A stretch of 62,475 bases of DNA, filler included, from Hausera hauseri (taxonomy: Eukaryota): NCBI GenBank assembly GCA_046269625.1. It is 10 parts of 10 records of this genome, joined end to end, with 100 filler letters (N's around TTAATTAATTAA, not from the genome) between each part and the next. Parts side by side here need not be neighbours in the genome. Positions count along the whole stretch, not along the records: positions 1 to 5,588 come from JBJURY010225187.1; positions 5,689 to 10,509 come from JBJURY010424476.1; positions 10,610 to 16,656 come from JBJURY010148644.1; 7 more parts are not named here. One strand, 5' to 3'. This document shows, in pieces, positions 1 to 12,693 of the stretch. The notes beneath the pieces are model-generated. The model ran no database searches, was not told where the DNA came from, and worked only from the letters and a program-made list of their open reading frames with translations. Made by a program: the position numbers and the translations under genes. Numbering within the stretch: the first letter of the stretch is position 1; every line of letters begins with the position of its first letter.

Positions 1-8
1 CAATGGCA

Positions 9-220
9 CAAAAAAATTTAAACAAAAATTATGAGGACTAATTTCGGATTCGCCCAATCGGAAAATAAGTACACATTCAGACATTGGAACAAAAAAATTT
101 AAACAAAAATTATGATTACTAATTTCGGATTCGCCCAATCGGAGGATAAAAAATGAGCACTCAATCCTGGATACTATATAATCACGGATTCACCCAACCG
201 GGGGATAATATACAAGTACA
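9..220. repeat. ~80-bp tandem repeat (2 copies plus a degenerate third), part of a dispersed terminal-type motif
   Basis: aaaaaaatttaaacaaaaattatga..actaatttcggattcgcccaatcgg at ~9-62 and ~89-143; cggattcacccaaccgg at ~185. Confidence 0.8.
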
Positions 221-1852
221 TCAATTCGTGAAATTCACTTTTGTTTAAACGCATCAATTTCTTTCCCTGGGGGGGTGGGGGTCTTGGTGCCATGTCCTCA
301 CTTCCTCCTACTTGTGATAAAAACTTACTCACGCAATTGTACTTGTACTATGTATGCTTATGATTCATGTAACTTTTTGATTGTATTTCTTAGTTTTTCT
401 TATCTTATTGTATCCTGAGATATTTTGTAATTTATTGACGATCATTAAACCTTGTTTGTTAAATCACGCTTTTGATTTTCGATAAACAAATACGTTTTGT
501 AATGAGGTTATTATTAGAAAACAAAACTAAGACCCACTTTTCTTTTACGATCATAAACAACCGTAGAACCACAAAAGCTTATAACTAGAGGGACGACACT
601 AGTGTTCCTCCCAATGTTCGAATTCACTAAGAATAAATAATCTATTATGCAGACCCACAGACGGCTTCTAAGATTGAATAAAAATTCCTCTTGGCTTAAG
701 TGAAGGAAGAACCTCAAACCATATATATAGATTTAAATAAGTATAAGTTTGAGGTTGAGAAACCCAAACTTTTCTAAACCTTTTAAACTCATCATGTGTC
801 CAACTTGAAATCTTAACACTGGTGTCCCGAGTAGGGGGCACGCTGGCTTTTGTGCAGATCCTAATAACGTACACGAAGCATACAACGCATATAACGCCGT
901 ATAAAATTTGTATTTGAAATAAAAATTAATCAATTCAATCAATTTTCCTTTTGCCTATAGCAATTATCATTTATTTACAATCACTAACCATATACAAAGT
1001 TTCATACACGATGGATCTCGAAGCGTATCATGATTTTGACCGTTCTTTTCAACTTGATTGTTAAAACATTCTTTTTGACAGGAGGTCTTGACAGATGAGG
1101 GGTCGTTGTGAGATATGCTGACATATTCGGAGATAAATCGGAATTGAGATGATTTTGATTGACGTCATTTGTAAATATTGTATGATTGTTTAATTGAGAT
1201 GGTATCGTATAAAGCATCGGGGTGTATTTATAGTCGTTCAGCATCATTAGAAGAGTATAGTTTGCTGTTTCGTCGTTAAGGAAACACGTTTCTGTATTTT
1301 CTTCATTCTTTGTCGATAGACGATCCTTAGATAGTCACATGTTCGCTACATACGGTGTCATCGAGCTCTTGTTTAGTGTGAGAAAAAAACACCTTTCTCC
1401 TCGTGACTCAATGTATGAAAATCCGAATCATAATATTGTTTCTACCTATGACTCAACCTGGTATTTATACTTGAAATGTTCAGCAATCCTTTTGGTTGCA
1501 AATGTTGTAAAAAAGGTCATTGTAGGAAGAATGTCACATGTCGGGGATAGTCTCTTCAAGATTGCTACCGCCGCTTAAAGTTGGATTGTCACCTCTGTTG
1601 AAAAATTATCTGCTCTTCTGTCGTACTGAATGAAATAAATTTCGAGATAGACGACTGCTGTATTCACTCAACCAGCATTTTGGTGAGGACACGAGTTGTG
1701 TCCGCGACCGCGGTACCACACTGGCTTCGTATTCTTTACGTAATAAACGTAAAGCACACGCTACTAACACAACCTCTGCTACAGATTCGGCAAGGAGCAA
1801 TTCCGAATCAGACGAAAACTCTCATCCTCAAATAGAAAACCAGAATCCAGAA

Positions 1853-2410
1853 ATGTCCTCAGGACTTGGACCCAGCTTAGGTAGCAACCTAAATGGAACC
1901 ATGGTGCTGCCTATGGATAAATATGAAGCTAAACCAGATTAGGACTACAGCGAATTCATCATGCAGTACGAAATATACTAGGAAAGTTTCAGTTGGACTG
2001 GTGAGCTTAAGATGAAGCGCCTTCCATTGCATCTTAAAGGTATCGCACTCAGTGCTTATACTCCAATAAAAGATGAAGATGACAAGGCTGATTGGGCTAT
2101 CCTTAAGGACGCCCTGGAAGAAAGACTCTTAGTAAACCCGTCAGGAAAGGGTCGAATGGGAGAGTTTAACAGGCGACGTCAAAGAAAAGGCAAAACCGTA
2201 CAAGAATTTGCATGTGCCCTTCAGAAACTGGTTCAAAGAGCCTACGCCGATGATGACATAAGGGAAGATGCCCTCCTGGCTCAATCTTGTTACGGTGTTA
2301 ACAGAGAAATTTAGAACTACATTATTGTCGCTGATCCGAATTTGTATAAAGAAGCCGTTAGTAAGGCTAGAAAAATTGAAGTTTGTGAGGAGGAATTTAA
2401 GCAAATATTA
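1853..2410 (+). pseudogene. gag: Retrotransposon gag (capsid) remnant
   Basis: MDKYEAKPD*DYSEFIMQYEIY*ESFSWTGELKMKRLPLHLKGIA aligns by eye with RYSGETTEFDDFMLVY...WNDKEKIKRLVAHLEGIA of the 1844-aa ORF. Confidence 0.8.
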
Positions 2411-4589
2411 ATGTTTAAATTTAATTCAAAGTTAAATCAATAAAGAGCCAATATAAAGTCAGGAAATTCAAGAAAGGATGAAAAGAAGAATCATTTAGTG
2501 AGTGAAGGAGACAATTGTTATATCAACTTTTATAATAAATATCTTATGGATAATTCAACTTTTCAATCATCAAGTGATGTAGAAGTCGGGATGGTAGAGA
2601 CGCGATCTACTTACAAAGTTAATTATGAGAGACTTAAAAACACAAAAAAGCATCCCAAAAATGGTAATAAAAAGCCAAAGAATTTTCAGCAGGAGAAAAA
2701 TTTTCAGAAACCCTTTGAAAAATATCAGTCAAACAAAGCAACAGCAGAAATAGTTACTTGGCAAAAGCAACCCAAGAAGCCGTCAATAAAAAGGCATCCG
2801 GTTAACCCAGATGGAAAACCGTTGAGTTTCGCGTGTCAAGAAACGGACACATGGCTCGTTCTTGCCATAATCAGGCACAATCCAGTCAAAATAAAAAGAA
2901 TGTGGGTATAATCGGAAACATATCTAATACGGATAAAAAACACGAAACTACGGATACGGAACCCAAAGATGCAATCTAAAAACTTCAGCGGAAAATTACA
3001 GCCAAGCTTAGGGAAAGCAAAACCAATGCAGTAGATGATGAAGATAAAGTGGCCGAGTTGAAACAGCTATATTTATCACTAAAAGAGCAGCAAACTTGTG
3101 AAAAAAGAAATAAGATGCTGAGTAAAAGCTCCATCATTACTCCAGTTGATAGACCCAAAAGTCTCCTGAGTCTGAATCAGAAACTGAAAAGAGAAGAGTC
3201 AAGAGAAAAGATAAACCTCTTGTACAAGAAGAGGAATTAAAAACTCACGAATTAAATTTACCTTCCGAAAGTGAATTTGCGAAAAGTGAATCTAGCAAAA
3301 TATGAACCAAAGGAAAGTTGAAAAGGATAAGAAGAAGAAAAGTAAAAGAACAGTCACCATAGTTCGACAGTTCACCCACAAATTTAGATCAGGACGGCAT
3401 AGAAATAGTTCAAAAAATGTTGAGCTACGCCAACCAAGAGTTAATTGATGGCACTCAGTTCAGACAGGACTTTTAGATGTTACTGTCACCCACAATTAGC
3501 CATCAACAATTTTCTAACTTATTGGACTTGCTGCTGATGTATGCTGCTGGCACAAGTTTATATCAAAATATTGTACGATACATAATTTACCGATATGCAG
3601 ATAGAGTGAGAATGGTTAAGGAAAATCCTGAAATAATAGGTACTCTTCAACAATATAATCAGGATTTCTGTGCGTTAAGAATGAAATCGTTGGACACGAT
3701 AGATGCATTAGAACATAGAGTTAATAAAATCAAACAGTCTCAGAAGAATTAGAATTACGTTTCTACAGACGAATATTGATGGATTACGAAACCTTGTGTG
3801 AAGTATGCATGTGGAAAAACAGGTACAATCCTGTATGTATTACCCATAGACAATCTGAACAAGCGATAGTCAATGAAATTATAACGAATGTTAGACGGAA
3901 AGAAATACAAGAAGTTGAACATCGGCATGAACCCAAACAAATGAAAGCCGGAGAAAATATTCCTATATATGAACAAATGCAAACAGACAAAGAACACGTG
4001 GAAGACTAAAAGGAACGACGAAACTCTATAAATTGAAGGGCAGAAAAGCCAAAGATGATGAAGGTGTTCGGCGATTGTTAACAACGGAAGATGAATATGA
4101 TGTAAATAATGTATCATTGACAACATTGCTACAAACTTTGTTAGCAAGAATGCATAATGCATTCGTTGAGTTTAATACTAATCTACGAATATCAGACTGA
4201 TTAATGCAAGTTATAAGGAATGAAATTACAAAGATTAGTGAGCAATTTGCAGACATCCATACGGACGACAGGATAAATGAAATCCAAGAGAGGGATATTC
4301 TGTCAAGAATGATGAAAACTGGCATATCTCGAAGTAAAATTGTAACAGTTATGTCCTATCTCCTGTATAAAATAATGGTATTGAACGCTGTTAATCCGAA
4401 CCAAGATGAGATAGCGAAAAACAGAAATTTTTACGAGAGCACTTAAGGCTAATGTTGAAGGATAGGTGAAATGCAGGGATCGGTGGATCAATAATCTAAT
4501 TCAGGCTACTATACCCGAATCGGTTACAGTGAGACAAATAAAAAACCCCCCACTCATCCAACAAGAAAGACAGCGAAACCAACAACCAA

Positions 4590-5213
4590 ACCTTGATCTG
4601 TCTTGGTTGGTTAAAATTATGCCCATACTCTTACTCTTCAGCATGATGCCAAAAACACTCAAGAATTACTTCTTCCGATTCCAGTCATGCCAAGGGGGCC
4701 CAATATATACTATATTAGATCTACAAAAATGTCCGCATGCCAACCCGACATCATTAACTACGATATCTAATAAAGAATTTTATGTGTACCAAGAATATGA
4801 ATTTGTGAAAACCAAAGTGAAGGAATGTCTTGTGTGGGAAACCACGTGCACTTCATCTGTTGTTTCTGGTGCAGAAATTCAGCCATAGTAGAACCAACGA
4901 CTCCGTTCGAACCACTTCCAATAAGTAGGCGGACGTGCATGGAAGCATTTGTTACAAAACTAATTAAGATTGGAATTATCTAGCTAAAGGCTCAAAAAGG
5001 AAAAATTATTAATAAAAGAATTTTTGTATCTGGCTCAGTCCACAAAACAGGATACTGCAAGGGAGAGTCATATGACATAAACGATGAAATACTGGACAAT
5101 GTGGTAGCTATTGAAGACTATCAAGTTGAGTTAAGGAAATACGATGCAGTCTTCGAAATATCATCCGGACAGATGATGAAATTCCACGAATGTGACTGTA
5201 GTGTCACGGTCTA
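4590..5213 (+). pseudogene. env: Envelope glycoprotein remnant (chuvirus G / class III fusogen-like)
   Basis: Hydrophobic DLSWLVKIMPILLLFSMM, then YTILDLQKCPHANP...FYVYQEYEFVKTKVKECLV; after a frameshift, GSVHKTGYCKGESY...LDNVVAIEDYQVELRKYDA. Confidence 0.7.
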
Positions 5214-5989
5214 AGTCATGGCCCTCCATTTCTGGCAACAGAGTCACCGTTTGGTCTATATTTCGTTTAGGAGACAAATATGGCACATTAGTGTCAAATA
5301 AAATCAATATTCGTATTTAGCTACTTCCCAGACTACCAATTATTCTGCCTTTTAAAATTTTACCGCCTATTACGTAATCGGCACTGAAATGCCTAGAGTT
5401 TAATTTGAAATTAACGAATGACAATACAAGCCAAACTAAAGCACTTACAGTACATAAAAAATATATATACATACCCATTGAATTTATCGGCCCTACATAG
5501 TCCTGCAAAATAAAAAATACGGAAGCTAAATTAAGTTCCGTAAAATTCCTAGATATTTACGGAAAAGAGTTTGACATGTGTCATTATCNNNNNNNNNNNN
5601 NNNNNNNNNNNNNNNNNNNNNNNNNNNNNNNNTTAATTAATTAANNNNNNNNNNNNNNNNNNNNNNNNNNNNNNNNNNNNNNNNNNNNAAAACAAAAATG
5701 AAATGTAATATTTACGTTTTTCAACAACAACAAAAATGCATTTTTTTTAAGATTAAAAAAATAAGCAGGTCAATCTTGTAAACATCTAAACCGTAGAAGG
5801 ACGGGTAACATAAAGTTTGATACTTCTGCACTATGACTGCTAAGTTTATTAAACGAAAACGAATATCCTACTTCAACAGGAACAAAATATTTATGATATC
5901 TCTAACACTGCCTTTTTTCAGTTTCAGAAATGCCAACTTACTGCAACATACAGTACAACGGAAATAAAATTCCAAAGCCACCATATTTT

Positions 5990-6285
5990 TTTTTTACAAA
6001 ACTCTATTATCATAATCTTACTAAGCAGATTAAACAATACCTTTTATGAGCTATATCGTTCCTATTATTATTACTAATAAGCCCCATTATGAATAGATCA
6101 GTCTGAAGTCGACGCCAATCCTTAAAAGAAACTACCATAACTCCATGACATCAGGTAGACCGGCACCTACTCCAGACTAATCTATGGAAATGGGGCCTAT
6201 TTGTAATAATAGTAGGAACGATATCTCTCATAAAAGGAATGTTTTAATATTCTCAGTAAGGTTATTCATGATATTGTTTTGTAAT
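5990..6285. mobile_element. Foldback/MITE-like long imperfect palindrome
   Basis: ccttttatgagctatatcgttcctattattattactaataagcccca (~6040) is the near reverse complement of tggggcctatttgtaataatagtaggaacgatatctctcataaaagg (~6191-6237); pairing extends outward. Confidence 0.7.
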
Positions 6286-7943
6286 AATATATAGGCTTAT
6301 TATTTTTCAATTTGTAGCGGTTTTTGAAGTCAATATATATATATATTTTTTTTTTGTTAAAAAGTTATTTGTTTTTCACTTTTTAGTAGGTTTTTTATTA
6401 AAATCAAAACTGTCTATTAAAATTACAGTATACTAATGTATTTTTATTACTTTTATTGGACAGCTCCATATGGGATTTTTAAAAATCAAATAATCTTATT
6501 ATTTGTTACAGTTCTTTTTTTTGTATGGCACTATCCTTTTTTCAGGAGGTATCTTTTATATGGTGGTATTGTTTTTTCAAGTATCTTTTTTTTATCATTA
6601 TCCTTTATCAAAAACTGGAAATACAGACTGTATTAGTAGCCCATTCTATATTTTTATGTAAAAGAAATATAGCATAACTAAATTGATATTATTTTTATAG
6701 TTCCAAAATTTGGAATGGAAATACCATAGTATTAGTTTTCATACAAAGACATATCAAATTAAGTGTTTATATGTCAGAGATTATTTTTTTCACATACATA
6801 AAAGAATTATATGCCGGCATAATTAGTATTATATTATGAGTTAGAAACGAGGTCGTAAAAGTTCCAGTAGCACTCAAAACACTAGGCAAATGTAAACAAA
6901 ACAATTGCCTTGCCATAGCAACGAAGATGTTTTGATTACATTTGCAAAAATCTAACTCAATTTTGTAAAAACTAATAGAAAAATTCTTATAACTAAATCA
7001 ATACACATTATATTTTTAATTTAAAAAAAAATATGGGACCAATGTGCGGGTTATAAGCTTTGAAATGAAGCAAGAATCATCAAAATCGATGCTCATATGC
7101 CAAAGTTATGCGTGTGTCCATACAGGGCTGAATTGAGCACCTCGTTTTTTGAAAGTCCGCAAAATTGGAAGGGTATTCCTTGCATATATTTCAGAGAAAA
7201 TAATAAACAAATCTGCAATAACCCATTTGAAATAAATGAAACGCTGTTTCTCTTGTGGTCGTTCATTTTTACCAGCATTTTATAGTAATCCTACAAATAG
7301 TATATGTGAGATTTTTTTTACATATGTTGCACAATATTCAGTACTGATGTGTTGTATAAACTATTCTATTTGCTTTTATTCTTCTAAGTATGTTTTATTG
7401 TTTGTCACTTTTATTGGTCATATATTCTCCATTTTTCCTAATTTTGTAATACTAGAGGGCACAGTTTTATCCCTTTATTTTCTGATTCACTGCTAGGCTA
7501 ACTAAATTTTTACTAAAATACGAAATATTTAAATGATGTATATTTTTTTTGAAACTTGTTTAAGTAAAATCAACAAATTTTGGTTAAACTGTTTTTGGTT
7601 TCTCTGATTGTAATAATTTCTTCTGTTGGTCTCCATAAAGCTCGAATAAAAAAATTGTTCGAATTTGACACCACCTGACTTGTGGTGTGTGGTCATATGT
7701 GAAGTAAATATTTTTCTGTTGATCTGTAAATAATATGTACTCCTATATTTGCGTATTACATAGAGAAATAAGGATTTTGTCCAGGAATTACATCATAAAG
7801 ATATAAAATCGACAGAAGAAGAAATGATGATATATATAAAAAAGAATGCGACGAAGGGAATGAATAAAAGATAAATGGAAATGGAAAGTTTGACAAAAAA
7901 AAAAAAAACATAAGTTAGGTGACAACCAAAATTTAAAAAAAAA

Positions 7944-8062
7944 TGCCAACAGCACGTGGTGTTCCTAAGCGGTCACCCATCCAAGTACTAACCACGCCCG
8001 ATGCTGCTTAACTTCAGTGATCAGACGAGAACTGGTGTATTCAGCATGGTATGGCCGTTGGC
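7944..8062 (-). rRNA. 5S rRNA
   Basis: 119 nt GCCAACGGCCATACCATGCTGAATACACC...AGTACTTGGATGGGTGACCGCTTAGGAACACCACGTGCTGTTGGCA followed by an oligo-T Pol III terminator. Confidence 0.97.
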
Positions 8063-8995
8063 AACAGAATTGTACCTAATCAGTTATTTTGTATCACTTT
8101 AAACCAGGTATACCATCTGTAAACAATACAGATTGCTTTATATTATTTTTAAATTGAAATTTATTTGTTGGCTACTTTTCAGAGAAAATACATATAATAT
8201 GCATACAAATACACATTCGTCTAGAATGGAATATTTAAAATAAGCAAAAGAACAAATTCTTTAGTTGTCGTTTCTTTTTTAAGCATAATTATTTCTCATA
8301 TATCCTTCAAATTGTATTTGATTTTGTTAGGTAGGCTGTATAACATGCAGTGTCAACGTATTGTCTATAAACAAATATCGTTTTTAAAGTTTTCAGCGGT
8401 CATCCTTCCTTTCCATTTTCCATTTTTGTTATTTTTTAATGGGGTAGGTAATCCTCCCAGAGGGCAGAGTTTTATCCTTTTATTCTCTAACTGAATGCTG
8501 GATCATCATTTTTACTCAAATAAAAATTATTTATATGGTTTTCGTTGGCTGAAACATGTTTAAGTATAATATGAAATTTTGATCAAATATTTTTTGTTTC
8601 ACTAATTGCAATAATTTATGGCGGTGGTCATTACAAAATCTCAAGTTTAGACACCCTTCTACATATACATATTTCTATAGAATAATTGGGTTTCCTCGTC
8701 AAAAAATGTGGTTGAAATTTGACGCCACCTCACTGATTTGTGATCTAATTGGAGGTGATTTTTTTTTTGTGTACATCAAAAAATAATGTATGCTCGCACC
8801 ACCATAAACATATTTTCGGCGAACTACACCAAACAGATAATATTACAATTTAAGAAGAAATAATAATATATAAACGAATCTGACAAGGGAATGAAAAAAT
8901 TGAAATAGAAAATTAGAGAAAAAAAAATTTTAATCCTGATACATAAAGTTAGGCGACAATCAAAATTTATACCAAAAAAAAAAAGTAAAAGGAAA

Positions 8996-9114
8996 TGCCA
9001 ACAGCACGTGGTGTTCCTAAGCGGTCACCCATCCAAGTACTAACCACGCCCGATGCTGCTTAACTTCAGTGATCAGACGAGAACTGGTGTATTCAGCATG
9101 GTATGGCCGTTGGC
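8996..9114 (-). rRNA. 5S rRNA
   Basis: Identical 119-nt copy. Confidence 0.97.
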
Positions 9115-9405
9115 AAGGAAATTACATCTAAACGTTTTCTTTATATCACTTTTAAGCAAGGAAGCCATCTATAAACTATACCAATTGCATATATCTTTTA
9201 AAAATTGAAACATATTCCCTGTATATTTCAGAGATAATGATGTACCCATGCAGAATGAAATAGCCTATTCAAAATAAGGTCCAAGTGAAATTCTCTTGTG
9301 TTCCTTCTTTTTTAAGCATAATTGTTTTTATTCATATACTCTGAAAAATGTAAATGTGATTTTAGGCAACTTTTGTTGAAAAATCTACATACTGGGGTCG
9401 TTCCC

Positions 9406-9448
9406 ATTATTATTATTATTATAATTATTATTATTATTATTATTATTG
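9406..9448. repeat. (ATT)n microsatellite
   Basis: attattattattattataattattattattatt. Confidence 0.9.
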
Positions 9449-10388
9449 TTACTATTGATCTTTACCGAAAAATTTCTTCACCGTCTTTGCCCCCTGTGAT
9501 TAAAACCTCTTCCTGTCCAACAGCTTACATAGTTTTTATGGTTTATATAGTTTTTCACTACCAACCCTAATAGCAGGGGTATCATGAGTTAGGCTCGAGA
9601 GGTCCCTAGGCATTAAACAGATGGGGTTTTGGGTCAAATGAACCACTAGTCATAAAAGTATTCGGCGACAACTACAAAAAAGGTCTCTTGAAAGATTGAA
9701 GAAAATGTGTTTTCTTGTTTAAAAATATTATTATTCAAACTTGACACTACCTCATGGATTTGTGATCTTCTTGGAAGTGAATCGTTTTTTTTTGTGTTCA
9801 TCAATAAATAATGTACGCTCACATATTAGCATACCTCCAACCGTTATAGAAATATTTTCCCGGATTTAACCATACAGATAATATTATGATTTAAAACGAA
9901 ATGATGATATATAAATATATATATTTTTTACATATATAATATTAATTTATTTATTTAAAAAAAATCATATAGTCATTCGTCTAGATGTTGTCTACTCGGA
10001 TGAATGTCTGGTTCATTGAAACAAAAAAAAATCACCTCAAAGAACTTCAGATTTTATTTAGCTCTTGACATCTGCGAGAGAGTCCTACTTCAAAAAAACC
10101 TTCGCCAGAGCTTTCAGGTGAAGCCTACCAAGAAGCGGGCTCTGTTTTATATGAAGCTTTAGCAACCAGCCTTAGAAATAAGGCATGGTGGGCTTCGAAG
10201 GAAGCACTGGATAGGATAATTGTCAACTGATTGCTGAAAACTAGATTTTGGGGTCCTCAGTAGGCCCTAACGATGCAAAAAATGCAACAAAGAGAATGAA
10301 TAAAAAGGAAGTTAAAATGGAAAGTTTGAAAATAAAACTTAAAAAGTGATACACACGTTAATGACAATCAAAATTTATTTTAAAAAAA

Positions 10389-10507
10389 TGCCAACAGCAC
10401 GTGGTGTTCCTAAGCGGTCACCCATCCAAGTACTAACCACGCCCGATGCTGCTTAACTTCAGTGATCAGACGAGAACTGGTGTATTCAGCATGGTATGGC
10501 CGTTGGC
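10389..10507 (-). rRNA. 5S rRNA
   Basis: Identical 119-nt copy at the contig end. Confidence 0.97.
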
Positions 10508-10609
10508 AANNNNNNNNNNNNNNNNNNNNNNNNNNNNNNNNNNNNNNNNNNNNTTAATTAATTAANNNNNNNNNNNNNNNNNNNNNNNNNNNNNNNNNNN
10601 NNNNNNNNN

Positions 10610-12693
10610 GAAATTTTATTCAGACTTCAAAATTAGCATTTTAACGGATGCTTTGAAGTTTTGTCATTCGTTTCAGGAGAAACCGCGCATTAGATTGAGA
10701 GTAAATGCCACAAAATTACGATTGAACGAAAAAGCCGTCGAAATTATTTTGGAAGTACATGGTCATTGTATTCGATAAATAGACCCGAAAGATGGGCGTA
10801 TTCCTTCGGTTTATTATTACAAAGATATTGAAATGATTTCCAGTGTCCGATGTCAGTTACGGGTTTATTATTGCATCTGATGGATTTGGTCGAATGCACA
10901 TGTTCTCTGTCCAAACCGAGATGCATTCATTCGTGTAGCAGCCGAAGAAGCAATGAACAAAATCGGCTGTACATTACACGAATCTAAAGATCCATTGTCC
11001 AAGGATTATTTTCTAGAATAGCGGATGGGTAAATACAGCCAAGACGAATACATCACTTCACATGCGTAATTTTACGTTCAAAAAGTGGTTCCTCACAAAC
11101 ATGGCTCAGATAATTCCATACAGAGGCTGCTGTGTTTGACAGAAACATGCCTTGTAGAACAAGATCCATAAACTTATATCCTCGTTACTCTGAGACCGTT
11201 GTGCGATATATTTGCCTTAATTCGTAATCCAGAAAAACCGCAAAAATTCATTATCGAATACGTTCAAGGAGTGGCTAGAACATACTTATCTACAGATCGA
11301 GATTCACTTTTAGCATCTTTACTTGTTGGTGCTCGTTCAATCGGTAATCGCGATGTATGTGTTGAAATGAAACCCACCGAACGTTGGTATCGATTTGGCC
11401 CGTTTATTGTGCCAGTTGAAGAAGAGGTTGAATCGCGGCATATGAAAATGATTCAACAAAAACCGGGGACCTTCTGCTTGTCAGGCACGCTTCAACAAAC
11501 ACCGTGTGGAATGAGATTCAGTGAGGCGGTCAACAAATTCAATGCCAACATACCACACAATGGACAATTGAATGTCGTTACACAAGAAGGTCCGTTTTCG
11601 AAAAATAAAGAACGATTGATAAAAGGAGCTTTGACAGCACTTATCAATAGAGAAGGCAATCAACCTGAGATTTCAGCGCATGAATTAGAAGCTCAATTTC
11701 ATTCCGTACGACGGTTGACAGCTTCGAAGGCTGGTTTCCAAGCATTTACACAAATAAATAAAATGTGCGAAACTCTTAGCAGGAAAGTCTTTCTGGCACT
11801 TCGTAGAAACGATGAAGCCGTTGCTCACTCTGCCATAACATGATCAATTCACTGATACAACTCATGCATGAAAACTATGATATACGACAGGAACAACTGA
11901 ACAAGGCCAGTATTATGTCAAGCGATGAGTTTTTAGAAAGTCTCATGGACATTTTTTCGCTTCATGTGCTACGTGGAACCGGCGCTTTGGATATCAGTGC
12001 AATGCTGGACTTTTCGACATTCACAATTTGACCACCATACTGTGAAACGTCCGAAGGTGACAGCTTTGATACTTTGCTGAAATTGGTTTCTGGTCGTAAT
12101 CGAGTTTTGTTTCGATTATTTCATCATCCGAGTATGGCAACTATGAAAGGTGTAGGTCTGATCATCCAAACTCTCGTTGATAAAGCGGATTCGGAAGTTG
12201 GAGATTCATTGCAAAGACTTACATTAGCAGAAGGCGTCTTACCGCAGCATTTATTGAGTTCAGTGTTTGCAAGAAGCAATGATCATCGTAGTCTGGCATT
12301 TTGTCAACTCAATCGTCAGCTTCTTTCATTATGGGTTTCTGGAAATATCGAAGCCTAAGACTTTTACGACGCGTTTTACCATTTTGTTTGACTTATCACT
12401 TAGACATTACCGATGAACCACCGATGTCATCGATTGACTATTTGTTCGTTAGAGATAATCTGTAAACAGCACCGGTGCATTGTTTGGAAACACAAAAGAA
12501 AAATGCCGAAGCATTACGAGCATTGGAAAAGAAATTAGATAACCTTTTGATGCACTGGCGATCAAAAATTGGTCTCAATATCAAACCAGTCTGTTTGAGG
12601 AAGCGACGAAAGCGCATAAAAGTCTAAGGTAATTGGAAGCTGTTCTTTTATGGCTTTTATCAAGATCATGCAAAACCCAATTTGATTTGGAAT
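10610..12693 (+). pseudogene. DNAJC13: RME-8/DNAJC13 N-terminal fragment, intronless, with stops and frameshifts (processed pseudogene)
   Basis: RLLCLTETCLVEQDP, STDRDSLLASLL, GNRDVCV, VRRLTASKAGFQAFTQ, YDIRQEQLNKAS, GTGALDISAMLDF, FRLFHHPS, LAEGVLPQHL all match RME-8; in-frame stops at ~11170, 11841, 12029, 12356. Confidence 0.9.

Larger units (their letters stand above)
1771..5213 (+). mobile_element. Decayed Ty3/Gypsy-like retroelement: gag - helical region - chuvirus-like env, no pol in between
   Basis: Gag capsid motifs (KMKRLPLHLKGIALSAY...RRRQRKGKTVQEFACALQKLVQRAY); frameshifted knuckle-like FACQETGHMARSC at ~2821-2866; colinear with the 1844-aa ORF; many stops and frameshifts. Confidence 0.8.

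Noticed and set aside
9-220. Spaced repeats resembling a CRISPR array
   Set aside because: The whole 80-bp unit repeats, there are only 2-3 copies, no cas genes, and the context is eukaryotic
5589-5688. Recurrent N-TTAATTAATTAA-N motif (9 times in the window)
   Set aside because: Artificial contig linker with stops in all frames; adjacency across it has no biological meaning, and ORFs ending in X-run/LIN are artefacts
9322-9570. ORF with a poly-Ile hydrophobic run
   Set aside because: Translation of an (ATT)n microsatellite in a 5S spacer
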